A stretch of 64,000 nt of DNA from Bacillota bacterium (GTDB lineage: Bacteria > Bacillota > Ch66 > Ch109): contig JBMNLH010000005.1 in the NCBI GenBank assembly GCA_050952625.1, forward strand, positions 74,636-138,635, in the 5' to 3' direction. The notes under the pieces are model-generated. The model was not told where the DNA came from. It searched no databases and was given only the letters and a program-made list of their open reading frames with translations. The number at the start of each line of letters is the position of its first letter. Positions within the stretch are counted from its first letter, which is position 1. A program made the position numbers and the translations under genes. Positions 53,384 to 63,405 of the stretch are shown piece after piece.

Positions 53384-53430
53384 ACACAGCACCATCATCG
53401 TGTTTATCTGCTGATGGTGCTGTGCTGTTT
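53384..53430 (+). terminator. Hairpin/terminator after the hydrogenase large subunit
   Basis: cacagcaccatca...tgatggtgctgtg 13-bp stem. Confidence 0.6.
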
Positions 53431-53647
53431 AGCGTCATGGGGGTTTGGTTTAGGAAATAATTAAGTATACTGCCATGCCAATCGCTGACCTGCGTTAAAA
53501 CACTGGGCGATCATAATATTTTGGGCTGGTCGGACGTTATGAGGGTCGACTCTTAGTTAATTAACGCCCAGTGTTAATCAAAGCACTCGGTAGATTGAGG
53601 GGACAGTGGAGCTGTCCCCCCTTGTCCCGGAAAGGGGAGGAAGGACG

Positions 53648-54202
53648 ATGCGCTGTCTGGTATTGGGCTGCGGCAACCTATTAGCCGCTGATGATGCAAT
53701 CGGACTGTGGGTGGTTCGTTACCTGAAAGAATTGGCTACGAAAAAAGAGCCGGCGGACCAAGAAGCGTCGATCAATGAGTTGGACGGTCAAAAACCAAGC
53801 CAGGAAAAGAAGATCAAGCTGCCACCGGGAACGGTGGTGCTGGAGGTCGGTACACCTGGTCTGAACCTGCTCAACTACTGGGCCCCGGAGGACCGGGTTA
53901 TCCTGGTCGACGCGATCAGAAGCGGCCGGCCACCGGGAACAATCCAACGGTTGACGTTAACTGAACTGCTGTCAATAGAAAGAGGTAATAACTTGACCGC
54001 GCACGGTTTGGGAATCATCGAGGCCTTAGAACTGGCACGGCTGACCGGCAACCTCCCGGCTGAATTGGTGCTGATTGGTATTGAGATTGCCAACGAAGAA
54101 CCTTTCCAGATCGGCTTAAGCCCAGCGGTAGAACGGGCGATTGTGCCGGCAGCGGAAATGGTTCAAGCGGAGCTCAGCCGTTTTAATCTATCCTATTATT
54201 AA
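53648..54202 (+). CDS. Hydrogenase maturation protease
   Basis: VLGCGNLLAADDAIG, ILVDAI...PGTI, AHGLG and GLSPAV. Confidence 0.9.
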   Translation: MRCLVLGCGNLLAADDAIGLWVVRYLKELATKKEPADQEASINELDGQKPSQEKKIKLPPGTVVLEVGTPGLNLLNYWAPEDRVILVDAIRSGRPPGTIQRLTLTELLSIERGNNLTAHGLGIIEALELARLTGNLPAELVLIGIEIANEEPFQIGLSPAVERAIVPAAEMVQAELSRFNLSYY

Positions 54203-54249
54203 TATTTCCTCGGTGAGTGGAATTCGGCCACAACCGGCTACCCCAGCTT

Positions 54250-54641
54250 ATATCGCCGCGGGGAAAAATATTAAAAAGATTAGTCAAGATGTTTTAGATA
54301 TATTTAATAAATACTTTTGGCCAGGCAATGTTCGTGAATTAGCTAATGTGATCGAGGGGACTGTGTGTTTATTAAAGGGAAATATTATCGATATAGAATC
54401 CCTTCCCTCCAACTTCCTAAAACGATATTTCGATACAGGACCACCTATTTGTAATATGACACAAAATAATTCAGGTATTGGTCAGAGACGGGTCATTTTG
54501 GATGATGAATTAGAGGAAGAGAGAATTAAAAAGGCCCTTGAAATAACTTCCGGTAATAAACGTCAAGCAGCAATAGTCTTAGGCGTGGCTCGGTCTACTT
54601 TTTACGAGAAACTTAAAAAGTACGGTATAAAATATGGTTGA
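54250..54641 (+). pseudogene. C-terminal remnant of a sigma54 enhancer-binding protein (AAA lid + Fis HTH)
   Basis: YFWPGNVRELANVIE...GNKRQAAIVLGVARSTFYEKLKKY; the GAFTGA and Walker regions are absent; abrupt drop in GC. Confidence 0.85.
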
Positions 54642-54702
54642 TTTTTTATAAATGACCCAACTGACACAAAAATTCTAGAGATTTTAATTGATTTATTTTT
54701 TA

Positions 54703-54832
54703 TGTCCGAACCCGGACATGTCCCAAACAACATTGGACATGTCCGGGTTTTTATCATGATTGGCCAAAAGTGCATGGAGAACGCGACCTTCTCAGTTTCT
54801 CAAAGACATACACTTTATGGCGCAGGAATTGC
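54703..54832 (+). promoter_or_regulatory. Sigma54 promoter with upstream activator sites
   Basis: TGGCGC-AGGAA-TTGC (-24/-12) at 54818-54832; palindromic TGTCCG-N4-CGGACA and related repeats at 54703-54748. Confidence 0.8.
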
Positions 54833-54939
54833 GTTAAAGAGGAGATCAGATGATAGGTCATTGATCATGTCGACATGCGACCAGGGGGACCTATCAGTTA
54901 GCTCTTAATTTCATAACTGGAGGGGAGGAGGTAGAGTAT

Positions 54940-55147
54940 ATGAATACTACCAAAACTGTTAATTGCTGGTTCAGGAACAATGGGAAGCGGTATCGCTCAG
55001 GTTGCGGCGGAAAGGGGTCTGGAAGTTGTTCTCTATGACATGAAAAGAGAACAAATAGACAAAGCCTTGGCCACAATCAACGGCCTTCTTCAGAAAAAAG
55101 TGGATAAGGGGAAGCTTGCTCAAGACGAGAAAGATTCAGCTTTAGCG
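54940..55147 (+). pseudogene. 3-hydroxyacyl(butyryl)-CoA dehydrogenase N-terminal fragment
   Basis: Hand translation gives LLIAGSGTMGSGIAQVAAERGLEVVLYD...LQKKVDKGK; frameshift just after the ATG; truncated by a deletion. Confidence 0.85.
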
Positions 55148-55871
55148 ATTATATTTTAAACGGAACCAAACAATTCATCAGTAACGGCGGGGTAGCTGGT
55201 TTATACACCGTCTTTGCCATTTGCCACGCTGGATAAGAAATTAGGCTCGAAAGGGATCTGCTGCTTTATGGTTGATCGCCATACCCCGGGGATTTCGGTT
55301 GGGCCAAAGGAAGATAAACTGGGGATTCGCAGCTCGAACACGACTTCTGTCATTTTTGAAGATGTCCGGGTGCCCGCCAAGAACTTGCTGGGGGGCGAGG
55401 GTGAGGGCTTTAAAATCTGCATGAAGACTCTGGATATCTCACGGGCGATGGTTGGGGCCCATGGCTACCGGGGTCGCCCAGGCAGCTTTCGAGGCGTCCG
55501 TCAAATACGCTAAAGAAAGGGTGCAATTCGGTAAACCGATTGCCAGTTTCCAGGCCATTCAGTTTATCCTGGCGGATATGGCCCAGTACATCCAGGCCAG
55601 CCGTTTGTTATATCTGGAGGCTTCCAGCAAGCAGGACATGGGCCTGCCCTATACCGCGGCCGCTTCCTTAGCCAAGTGTTTTGCCGGGGATACGGCCATG
55701 AAGGTGGCCTGCGATGCGGTTCAGGTCTATGGGGGATATGGGTACACCAAAGAGTACCCGGTCGAGAAGTACTTTCGGGATGCTCGGGATGCTAAGATCA
55801 TGCAGATATTTGAAGGGACCGCTCAGGTTCAGCGAATTGTTATCGCTGGCGACGTACTTAGGTCAATGTAA
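55148..55871 (+). pseudogene. Acyl-CoA dehydrogenase C-terminal two-thirds, frameshifted
   Basis: YILNGTKQFISNG, EDKLGIRSS, RVQFGKPI, GGYGYTKEYPVE and IFEGT. Confidence 0.88.
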
Positions 55872-55937
55872 TCTAAGATTAATGCGATTAAAGTGCTATT
55901 GCCTTAACTGGACGGGAAACCAGAGAGGAGGGAGAAG

Positions 55938-56891
55938 ATGACCCCGGAAAAAAATAAGTAAGCCACCGGTGAAAAAGGTAATGACCCTCAAGGAAGCTGT
56001 CGCCACATTTGTTTCGGATGGGTCCTATGTGAGTTTTGGCGGAATTGGGGATCGCACGCCTTCTGCCGCGGTGCATGAGGTGGCCCGCCAAAGAAAAAAG
56101 AACCTGCGGCTGGTAAGTGATACGGCGGTAACCTTTGCCCACGATTCGATCTTGATTGGGCTGGGATTGGTCGATAAGTTTGAGATAGCCTATATGTGGG
56201 GAGGAATCTGGGGGCCAGATCCGCTTTACCGTCGGGCGGTCGAGAAGGGAATTCCAAAGCCAATTGAGCTGGAAGAATACTCGAACTTCACGGCCGGGAT
56301 GCGTTTTATGGCGGCTTCGATGGGTCTGCCTTTCATGCCAACCAAGTCACCAAGTCTTTGTTGGGCTCAGATATCCCGGTGCACAATCCAAATATTAAAA
56401 TTATTGACGATCCCTATACGGGAGAGCCGGTCGCCCTGGTGCCAGCCTCTCATCCGGACGTCGCCTTTATCCATGTTCAACGTTGTGATCCTATTGGTAA
56501 CGCTCAGATTCTGGGACATGTGGGTAATGACGATTGTTTAGCCCGGGCTGCCCGACGGGTCGTCATCACCACCGAGGAAATAGTCCCGACTGAGGAAATC
56601 CAAAGGACTGCCAATCTTACTTACATCCCCTACTATTGTGTTGATGCCGTCGTTAAGGTACCCTTTGGGTCACATGGCCGGGGCTGTGCTTATTGTTATC
56701 CGATGGATGTTCCCTACGGTCTCCAACTGCAGAAGGTTTGGTCAACCGCTGAGGGATTTGAAAAATGGGCTGAAGAGTGGATATACGGTGTGGATGACTG
56801 GGAAGGTTACTGTCGAAAATTGGGCTGGGAACGTTTAAGCCGTTTAGCAATGGCGGAACGGCGTTATCAGCAGTACGGGGAGGTGAGGTAG
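55938..56891 (+). pseudogene. CoA-transferase alpha subunit (glutaconate CoA-transferase-like), frameshifted
   Basis: MTLKEAV..FV.DG, AASMGLPFMPTKS/LLGSD and PDVAFIHVQ.CD..GNA; frame broken by 4-bp and 8-bp duplications. Confidence 0.85.
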
Positions 56892-56893
56892 TC

Positions 56894-57796
56894 ATGACGG
56901 CTCAAGCAACCTGCAACCTATGCTGAAAAATATACCTTATTAGAATTAATGGCTGCCACAATTGCTCGGGAATTCCGGGATGGAGAAACAGCTTTTGTCG
57001 GTGTTGGCCCCCCATTGATTGCCGCAATGGTGGCCAAACTAACCCATGCTCCAAAACTAACCATTGCTGTGGAAGGGGGCTCTATTGGTTCGTCACCGCG
57101 TCGGTTGCTGACCTGTATCGCTGATGCTACCATCTCTGAGCGGGCCTATAGTAATGGTCCAATGTGGCGGGCTTTTGGCGATCAGCAGCGGGGTTTCTTT
57201 GATGTCGGCCTGATTGGAGCCGCTCAGGTAGATAAGTATGGTAACCTGAATACCACCGCCCTAGGAACTTATGCCCAACCCTCGGTCCGGGTAGCCGGCA
57301 GTGGTGGCGGGAATGATATTGGTTCTTCGGTGGGACGACTTTTGATTATGATGGTTCAGGAAAAAAGACGGTTCGTGGAGCGGGTGGATTACCTGACCAC
57401 GCCTGGTTATTTGAGCGGAGGAGATGCCCGGGATAAAGCTGGCCTGCGCGGTGGCGGCCCCAGTGCCGCGATCACGCGATCACAACCATGGGGGTGTTCC
57501 GCTTTGATCCAGTGACGAAAGAAATGTACCTGGAGAAATGCCACCCAGGAGTGACTCCGGAAAAAGTAAGGGAAAATGTGAGTTGGGACCTGAAAATTGC
57601 CCCTGAGGTGGGGGTTACCGAACCACCGACTCAGGAGCAGGTGGAAATTATGCGTACCCTCGACCCCTATGGATTATACCTGGGAAGCGGTCGGCAAGGG
57701 ATGGCTGACCCGGAAAAAGGGTTCGATTTTTACATGGAAGTCTTAGAGAAAAGTTATGATACAATGACCCAGCTTTTCCGAGAAAAAGGGCTTTAG
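56894..57796 (+). pseudogene. CoA-transferase beta subunit, frameshifted
   Basis: FVGVG.P, GAAQVDKYGNLN, GSGGGND and RFVERVDYLTTPG; frame broken by 7-bp and 8-bp duplications. Confidence 0.85.
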
Positions 57797-57883
57797 GGTT
57801 TACCAAAAAGGCCTCTGAAGAAATTGAACTAAACCGGTTAATTGGACAAAAAAGCCCTATCGTAGAATTTTAAGAAATAACGC

Positions 57884-57917
57884 AAGCTGACACCCATACG
57901 GTGTCAGCTTAGTTTTA
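57884..57917 (+). terminator. Rho-independent terminator
   Basis: aagctgacacc-catac-ggtgtcagctt followed by agtttt. Confidence 0.7.
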
Positions 57918-58077
57918 ATTGAAAACCGTGGTCAGTTGGCCACACCTATTACCGATGCGGATTGGGGAGAATTTCCCGAATGCGCAAGCAGGAATTAAGT
58001 TCCTGCTAAAGAATAAATATGATTAGCTGGAAATATTTATTTATACTGTTTCATCTCTGTACAAGGGGGCAGGTAAA

Positions 58078-60015
58078 ATGACCGAGCTAAAAAATTTATT
58101 TCAACCTGGCAAAATTGATAAAGTGGTGACAAGGAATAGACTGGTAATGTTGCCTTTGTCTACCGGCTATAGTGAGCCAGATGGTACGGTCGGCGACCGG
58201 ATGATAAACTTCTTTGCGGAACGGGCCAAGGGAGGCGTTGGTCTGATAATCATCCCTTTTTCGCCGCTTCGCTCTGGCTCGCCTTTTCAGCCCTATTTAT
58301 ATGAGGACCGATTTATACCTGGAGCTCGTAGATTGGTGGATAAAATCCATTTTCATGGGGCAAAGGTGGTTACTCAGCTACTTATCCAGTATCACCTGGT
58401 CCTAAGAGATGACCAAGTGGAGGTAGTTGGGCCGTCGCCGGTGTTTAATCGGATGATGCGCTGCCTCCCACGGGCCCTGACCCGGGAGGAGATTCAGTTG
58501 ATTGTCAAAGAGTACGGAAGAGCGGCGAAGAGGGCTCGCGAGGCCGGGTTTGACGCAGTAGAGGTGCCAGTCATCGCGGGTTATTTTTTTAACCGTTTCA
58601 TGTCCCCGATTGCCAACCAACGCGAGGACGAGTACGGAGGGAACCTGGAGAACCGGATGAGGATTATCCGGCAGGCAATTGAGAGCATAAAAAAGGAAGC
58701 GGGTAGTGACTACCCGGTTACCTGTCGAATTAACTTGGCGGAACTGATGGAAGGCGGGCACACCATTGAGGATTCCCAGGCTGTGGTCCGCCTTCTGGAG
58801 CAGTATGGTGTGGCAGCATTAAACACTTACTTCGGCTGGCACGAGTCACCTGTACCCACTAGTCAGATCTTGGTTCCTAGGGGTGCGTTTGTCTCTTTGG
58901 CTGCCAAGGTTAAGGAGTGGGTAAACATCCCGGTGATAGCGACTAATCGCATACCCGATCCTATCCTGGCTGAGAATATCCTGGCCAAAGGCAAAGCTGA
59001 TTTTATCGGCATGGGCCGGGCCTTACTGGCCGATCCAGAACTTCCGAATAAGGCCAGGGCGGGACACTTCAATAAAATTGTCCCTTGTATCACCTGCTCA
59101 AGATGTTTAGCCGAAGTGATGCTTGCGTACAAGGACTGGGGAAAACAATTCTCTGCCCTTTGCACCGTCAATCCCCGGCTGGGGAAAGAGGCGGAACGTG
59201 AGATCAAACTGGCTGATCGTCGGCGGAAGGTGTTGGTTGTCGGTGGCGGTCCAGCTGGAATGGAGGCAGCCATAGTTGCAGCCAGAAGAGGACACGAAGT
59301 GACTCTTTGGGAAAAAGGGGCGGAGCTTGGGGGGCAATTGCGGGTAGCTTCCGTTCCTCCATTTAAAGGCGAAATAACTGCCTTGACCGATTATCTGATC
59401 AACGAGACACGAGACGCAGGAGTAGAGGTCAGGCTTAACCAGGAAGTAACGCTTTTGACTATTGAGCAGGAGCAGCCAGACGTGGTCATCTTGGCTGTAG
59501 GGGCTAAGCCTTTCTTCCCGCCTATCCCGGGGATCCAGCTCGATCACGTAGTTGGAGCCGAGGAGGTACTAACTGGCCATAGGAAAGCCGAAGGAACGGT
59601 AATCATTGTCGGAGGGGGAATGGTTGGCTGTGAGACGGCATCATTACTAGTTGAGTCCGGTGATAAGGTGGATCAGGTTATCGTCTTGGAAATGCTTGAT
59701 CGGGCGGCCAGCGATGTGCCCCCCACATACCGGCCTTTCTTCTTGGCTCGGCTGGCAAAAGCCGGCGTAAAGATTGAAACCGGCACCACTGTAGAAGAGA
59801 TAACACCAAAAGGCGTCAGGGTAACCCAAAAAGGAACTTCCACTTTCATTAATGGAGATATGATAGTGTTGGCTACCGGTTATAAGGTCGATCATGATTT
59901 AACCCGCCAGTTAGAAGGTAGAGTACCAGAATTATATACTATTGGTGACTGCGTTGAACCCCGGACCATTAGAGAAGCAATTGAGGAAGGGTTTGTTGTG
60001 GGGTTCAAGGTTTGA
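58078..60015 (+). CDS. NADH:flavin oxidoreductase (old yellow enzyme / 2,4-dienoyl-CoA reductase-like)
   Basis: ERAKGGVG, AGFDAVE, NQREDEYGG, CITCSRC, VVGGGPAG and a second GxGxxG motif. Confidence 0.9.
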   Translation: MTELKNLFQPGKIDKVVTRNRLVMLPLSTGYSEPDGTVGDRMINFFAERAKGGVGLIIIPFSPLRSGSPFQPYLYEDRFIPGARRLVDKIHFHGAKVVTQLLIQYHLVLRDDQVEVVGPSPVFNRMMRCLPRALTREEIQLIVKEYGRAAKRAREAGFDAVEVPVIAGYFFNRFMSPIANQREDEYGGNLENRMRIIRQAIESIKKEAGSDYPVTCRINLAELMEGGHTIEDSQAVVRLLEQYGVAALNTYFGWHESPVPTSQILVPRGAFVSLAAKVKEWVNIPVIATNRIPDPILAENILAKGKADFIGMGRALLADPELPNKARAGHFNKIVPCITCSRCLAEVMLAYKDWGKQFSALCTVNPRLGKEAEREIKLADRRRKVLVVGGGPAGMEAAIVAARRGHEVTLWEKGAELGGQLRVASVPPFKGEITALTDYLINETRDAGVEVRLNQEVTLLTIEQEQPDVVILAVGAKPFFPPIPGIQLDHVVGAEEVLTGHRKAEGTVIIVGGGMVGCETASLLVESGDKVDQVIVLEMLDRAASDVPPTYRPFFLARLAKAGVKIETGTTVEEITPKGVRVTQKGTSTFINGDMIVLATGYKVDHDLTRQLEGRVPELYTIGDCVEPRTIREAIEEGFVVGFKV

Positions 60016-60179
60016 GAGTGGTTCGGAGAAGGTAATTCTATAACCATCCCGAGCCTAGCAATGAATAACAAACAATAATTAATAACATTGATACATACGT
60101 TAGTTTATGCGATAATATATACGAGATTTAAACGCATAATAGCACGGATTAAGTATATGATAAACTGGGGGTTCATTCT

Positions 60180-60539
60180 ATGGGGGGAAGTCAGTCTGCG
60201 GAAAAACCGCTTTTCTCTAGCAATCAAATAATCAGTGTCAGCGATGTCCAGCGAAAATGGCGAAGTGTGGTTGAGCCGAAGTTGGATGAATTGCCTTTTT
60301 TAATGATGTTCTCTGGATCCGAGCCTAAGGCAACTATTTTAAGCTATAAAAATTTCGAGGAATTATGGCAGAAAGTGCACGAGGCCTCAGAATTGCAAAT
60401 CAAGTTGGAATTATTATCCAGGGCTATTGATACGGAAAAGAATGAAAAACCCTTGTTATCACTGGCCGAGGTAGTAGCGAAAACAGGGATAACCGCTCAA
60501 GACTTGGAGGAGGCCCCGGATGTTGAACTGGATAACTAA
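60180..60539 (+). CDS. Putative type II antitoxin (Phd/YefM-like N-terminus)
   Basis: QIISVSDVQRKW...P.ATILSYKNFEEL with an acidic C-terminus; overlaps the downstream toxin-like gene. Confidence 0.6.
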   Translation: MGGSQSAEKPLFSSNQIISVSDVQRKWRSVVEPKLDELPFLMMFSGSEPKATILSYKNFEELWQKVHEASELQIKLELLSRAIDTEKNEKPLLSLAEVVAKTGITAQDLEEAPDVELDN

Positions 60540-60888
60540 CTACCTGCCAGACAACATTAAGTTTTTCCCGGCCGCAGCGGAAGATTTTCTTAGCCTGGAT
60601 AAGGGCCGTCAGATTAAAGTAATCAAGGCGTTACAAAAAATAGCTCAAGCACCGGCTATGTTTGGCAAGGAACTAGAAAACCAAGTTAATCGACCTCTTT
60701 CGGGATACCGAAGCATTTACGTGGATAAGAAATCGGTTCGTATAATATGGAAGGTTACTGAGTTAGGTATCATGGAAATTGTGGTAGTGGCTGGTATTGC
60801 CGAACGGGAAGGGATGCTGGTTTATCAGTTGGTCGCCAAAAGAAAAGAAGATTTAGAGGAGTATATTTCACGGTTAACAAATAAATAA
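60520..60888 (+). CDS. Putative RelE/ParE-family toxin
   Basis: F.PAAAEDF..LDK..Q..V.KAL.KI...P..FGKEL...LSGYRSI....VRIIW. Confidence 0.7.
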   Translation: MLNWITNYLPDNIKFFPAAAEDFLSLDKGRQIKVIKALQKIAQAPAMFGKELENQVNRPLSGYRSIYVDKKSVRIIWKVTELGIMEIVVVAGIAEREGMLVYQLVAKRKEDLEEYISRLTNK

Positions 60889-61209
60889 TTGGTTTTTTGT
60901 GTCCTTAGGGCATGATGGGTTAATACTGATTGAGCAATTCTTGGATGAAATAGAAAGAGGAAACAAGTTGTTCTCCAACTCGTTTCCTTTTACTTTGCTA
61001 CCGAAATCTGTTTGCCAGAATTAGCGGATATATGTCATCCTGAGCGTTAGCGAAGGATCTTGCTTCTCAGCGTAGGAAGGATTCTTCGCTGCGCTCAGAA
61101 TGACACGATATTAAACTTACTAACCGCCCATGCGCGTTGGATACAACCACTAATGAAAATAACACATACGGTAAGGAACGTGTCATTGACTTACTAAATA
61201 TACTCGCTG

Positions 61210-63405
61210 CTACGCCTTAACTCGCAAGGTCCGCACCAGGACGACCGCTGCTTCGGCTCGGGTCGTGACCTGGTTGGGGTTAAAAGTATCCCCGGTGCCT
61301 CTGATGATCTCCAGACCCCAGGTCAGACTAGCGTAACCCAGCGAACCGGGCGACAGAGCGTCAGCATCCTTGTAAGGAACCTTGTAGATGCCTTCAATCC
61401 GGGCCGCCCGATCCATGCCTAACAGCCGGATCATCAGTTTGGCCAGGTTTTCCCGGGTGACGGCACCAGCCGGGGTTAGCTCTCCTTCCTCCACCCACTT
61501 TATTTCCTGCGCCCGTTTTATAATCTCTTGATCGGTTAGATCAGCCGTTGCCCAGGAACCCTGCGTAGCCTGCAGCATGGCCCGCAGCAGGGAGACCGCG
61601 GTTACTGATTCTTCTGGTCGGAAGGTATCACCGTATTCGCCGAAGATTCCCGCTTGGCCTAGCAGGCTGATTTCCTCTTCGCCAAAATGCCCCGCGATGT
61701 CGGTAAAGTGAGAGGCCCGAGGCTGTTCAGACAGAGGTTTGCCTTGCCGATCCAGGTATTCACCGGTCCGGGCATCTATCAGGTTGGAGACTAGTTGATT
61801 GGGCGTGGTTACCGGCAGATAGACGAGTATTACTTCACCCGGCCCAGTCGAGCCGTAAACCTGGGTATAGGCTAAGGTCAGAGGCTGGTTCTTTAAGTAG
61901 GCGGCATTGGCCTGTTCCGTTCCTAAACAGCCAGCCGGGCTTGGGAAATTCAAATTTTGCCAGTTGACATCGAATTGAGTTATCCGCTGATTGATTGCGT
62001 CAACCGAAACGCTAATTCCGTTGCCGGGATAGGGGATCCCATTGACCAGTCGCCGGTAATTGAAATAATAAGCGGTCGGGTTTTGTCCTTCGATCACCAG
62101 GGGTCGCCAATTCTGCTGGTTTTCCTCTAGTTTAACTGACGCGAATCGGCCCGGCTGGACTTTTTTCAGAAAGTCTTCCGCCAGTTTTTTCGCTGCTTCC
62201 TGGTCGATGTTCCCAGGTTGATTTGGTTCTGGAGATGAGTAGTACAGGTAGAACCCCATCAACTCGCCGGTTCGGGCATCTACCCGGGCACTTGCGTTGT
62301 CTAATTGCCCTGTTTCTGATTTCTCAGCGTTCCAACTGAGGCTCCAGTATCGATTCTCCGGGAACTGCCATTCAGCGGCTAGGTTGGCACTGCGCAGGGT
62401 TAGTGTCTCTGGAATATCTACCCATTTTTTAACTACAGCCACGGCTTCCTCTTCACTGAGGAGATCAGCGGTTCTTTCGATTTCCTTTAATTCTTCAGGA
62501 CTCAAGGGGGCAGCCGCTTCATCTTGAGCAGCTCTTTGGGCCATCATGTCTTCAGCCCCCCCGGCACCACCGCCACCTTCATTCCGCAGCCATTTGCCCG
62601 GTTCTAAGACTAGCGGTTCGCCGGTTAAGGCATCAATTATCCCGTTAGAGGGGTGGTAGAGTCGGTAGACTAGCTTAACCGGCTGTTTTTCCCCAGCAGC
62701 CAGCGGTCGAACATCAGACTGGCGATAATATTGCAATTCCAGCATCCCAGTGGCCTCGAATGTCTCCCGGGCTTTCGCTGAGGAAACAACTCCCGCAGCT
62801 GCCGGGAAGTCGGTCTCGGTCCAGGTCATATTGTAGTGGCTGACCTGGCCATCATCCCCTCGAATTGAAATACTGGCACCATCACCTAGAAAGACAATCC
62901 CGTTGACCACCCGTTCCCAGCGGAAGTTATAGGTCACTGCCCCATACTGACTCAAGGGAACAATCTGGAGGTCACTGGGGACCAACCGCAGGTTCTTCGC
63001 CTTATTAGGTGCTAGTTTGTTCAGCATTTGGTTGGCGATCTCGCGAGCCTGGGTTTCCGAAATAGCCGGCAGTTGAGGTCCAGATTCGGGGCGCGTTTCA
63101 TTTTTCCAACTGTTCATATATATGATTTCACCGGTGTTTGCATCTACCTGAACATTGAAACTGCCTCTCGGTTCCTCAGTTGCCTCCCAATTTAAAAACC
63201 AGACCTGACGGTTGTCATAGTTGTTGTAACCAGAAGTAAAGTTGCTATACTCCGTCGGGATGTTAAAACATTCTTTAGCTATCCGGATCGCTTGTTCCAG
63301 GGAAACGGCTGACTTCTCCTGAGCCAGGGTCAAGCCCGGGAAGAGGGTCAGCAGGAACACGGTCAGGAGGCACCACACCCCTAAACGCAGACGAATCTTG
63401 CGCAT
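61210..63405 (-). CDS. Secreted S-layer-homology protein with YcdB/YcdC (PepSY-like) repeats
   Basis: Signal peptide, repeated VDA.TGE and R.VNGI motifs, and C-terminal SLH (FTDIAGHFGE, FNPNQVTTRAEAA). Confidence 0.85.
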   Translation of the reverse strand: MRKIRLRLGVWCLLTVFLLTLFPGLTLAQEKSAVSLEQAIRIAKECFNIPTEYSNFTSGYNNYDNRQVWFLNWEATEEPRGSFNVQVDANTGEIIYMNSWKNETRPESGPQLPAISETQAREIANQMLNKLAPNKAKNLRLVPSDLQIVPLSQYGAVTYNFRWERVVNGIVFLGDGASISIRGDDGQVSHYNMTWTETDFPAAAGVVSSAKARETFEATGMLELQYYRQSDVRPLAAGEKQPVKLVYRLYHPSNGIIDALTGEPLVLEPGKWLRNEGGGGAGGAEDMMAQRAAQDEAAAPLSPEELKEIERTADLLSEEEAVAVVKKWVDIPETLTLRSANLAAEWQFPENRYWSLSWNAEKSETGQLDNASARVDARTGELMGFYLYYSSPEPNQPGNIDQEAAKKLAEDFLKKVQPGRFASVKLEENQQNWRPLVIEGQNPTAYYFNYRRLVNGIPYPGNGISVSVDAINQRITQFDVNWQNLNFPSPAGCLGTEQANAAYLKNQPLTLAYTQVYGSTGPGEVILVYLPVTTPNQLVSNLIDARTGEYLDRQGKPLSEQPRASHFTDIAGHFGEEEISLLGQAGIFGEYGDTFRPEESVTAVSLLRAMLQATQGSWATADLTDQEIIKRAQEIKWVEEGELTPAGAVTRENLAKLMIRLLGMDRAARIEGIYKVPYKDADALSPGSLGYASLTWGLEIIRGTGDTFNPNQVTTRAEAAVVLVRTLRVKA

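Noticed and set aside
707-62527. Numerous short antisense or alternate-frame ORFs in the track
   Set aside because: They overlap well-supported genes and show no family motifs or RBS; treated as shadow ORFs.
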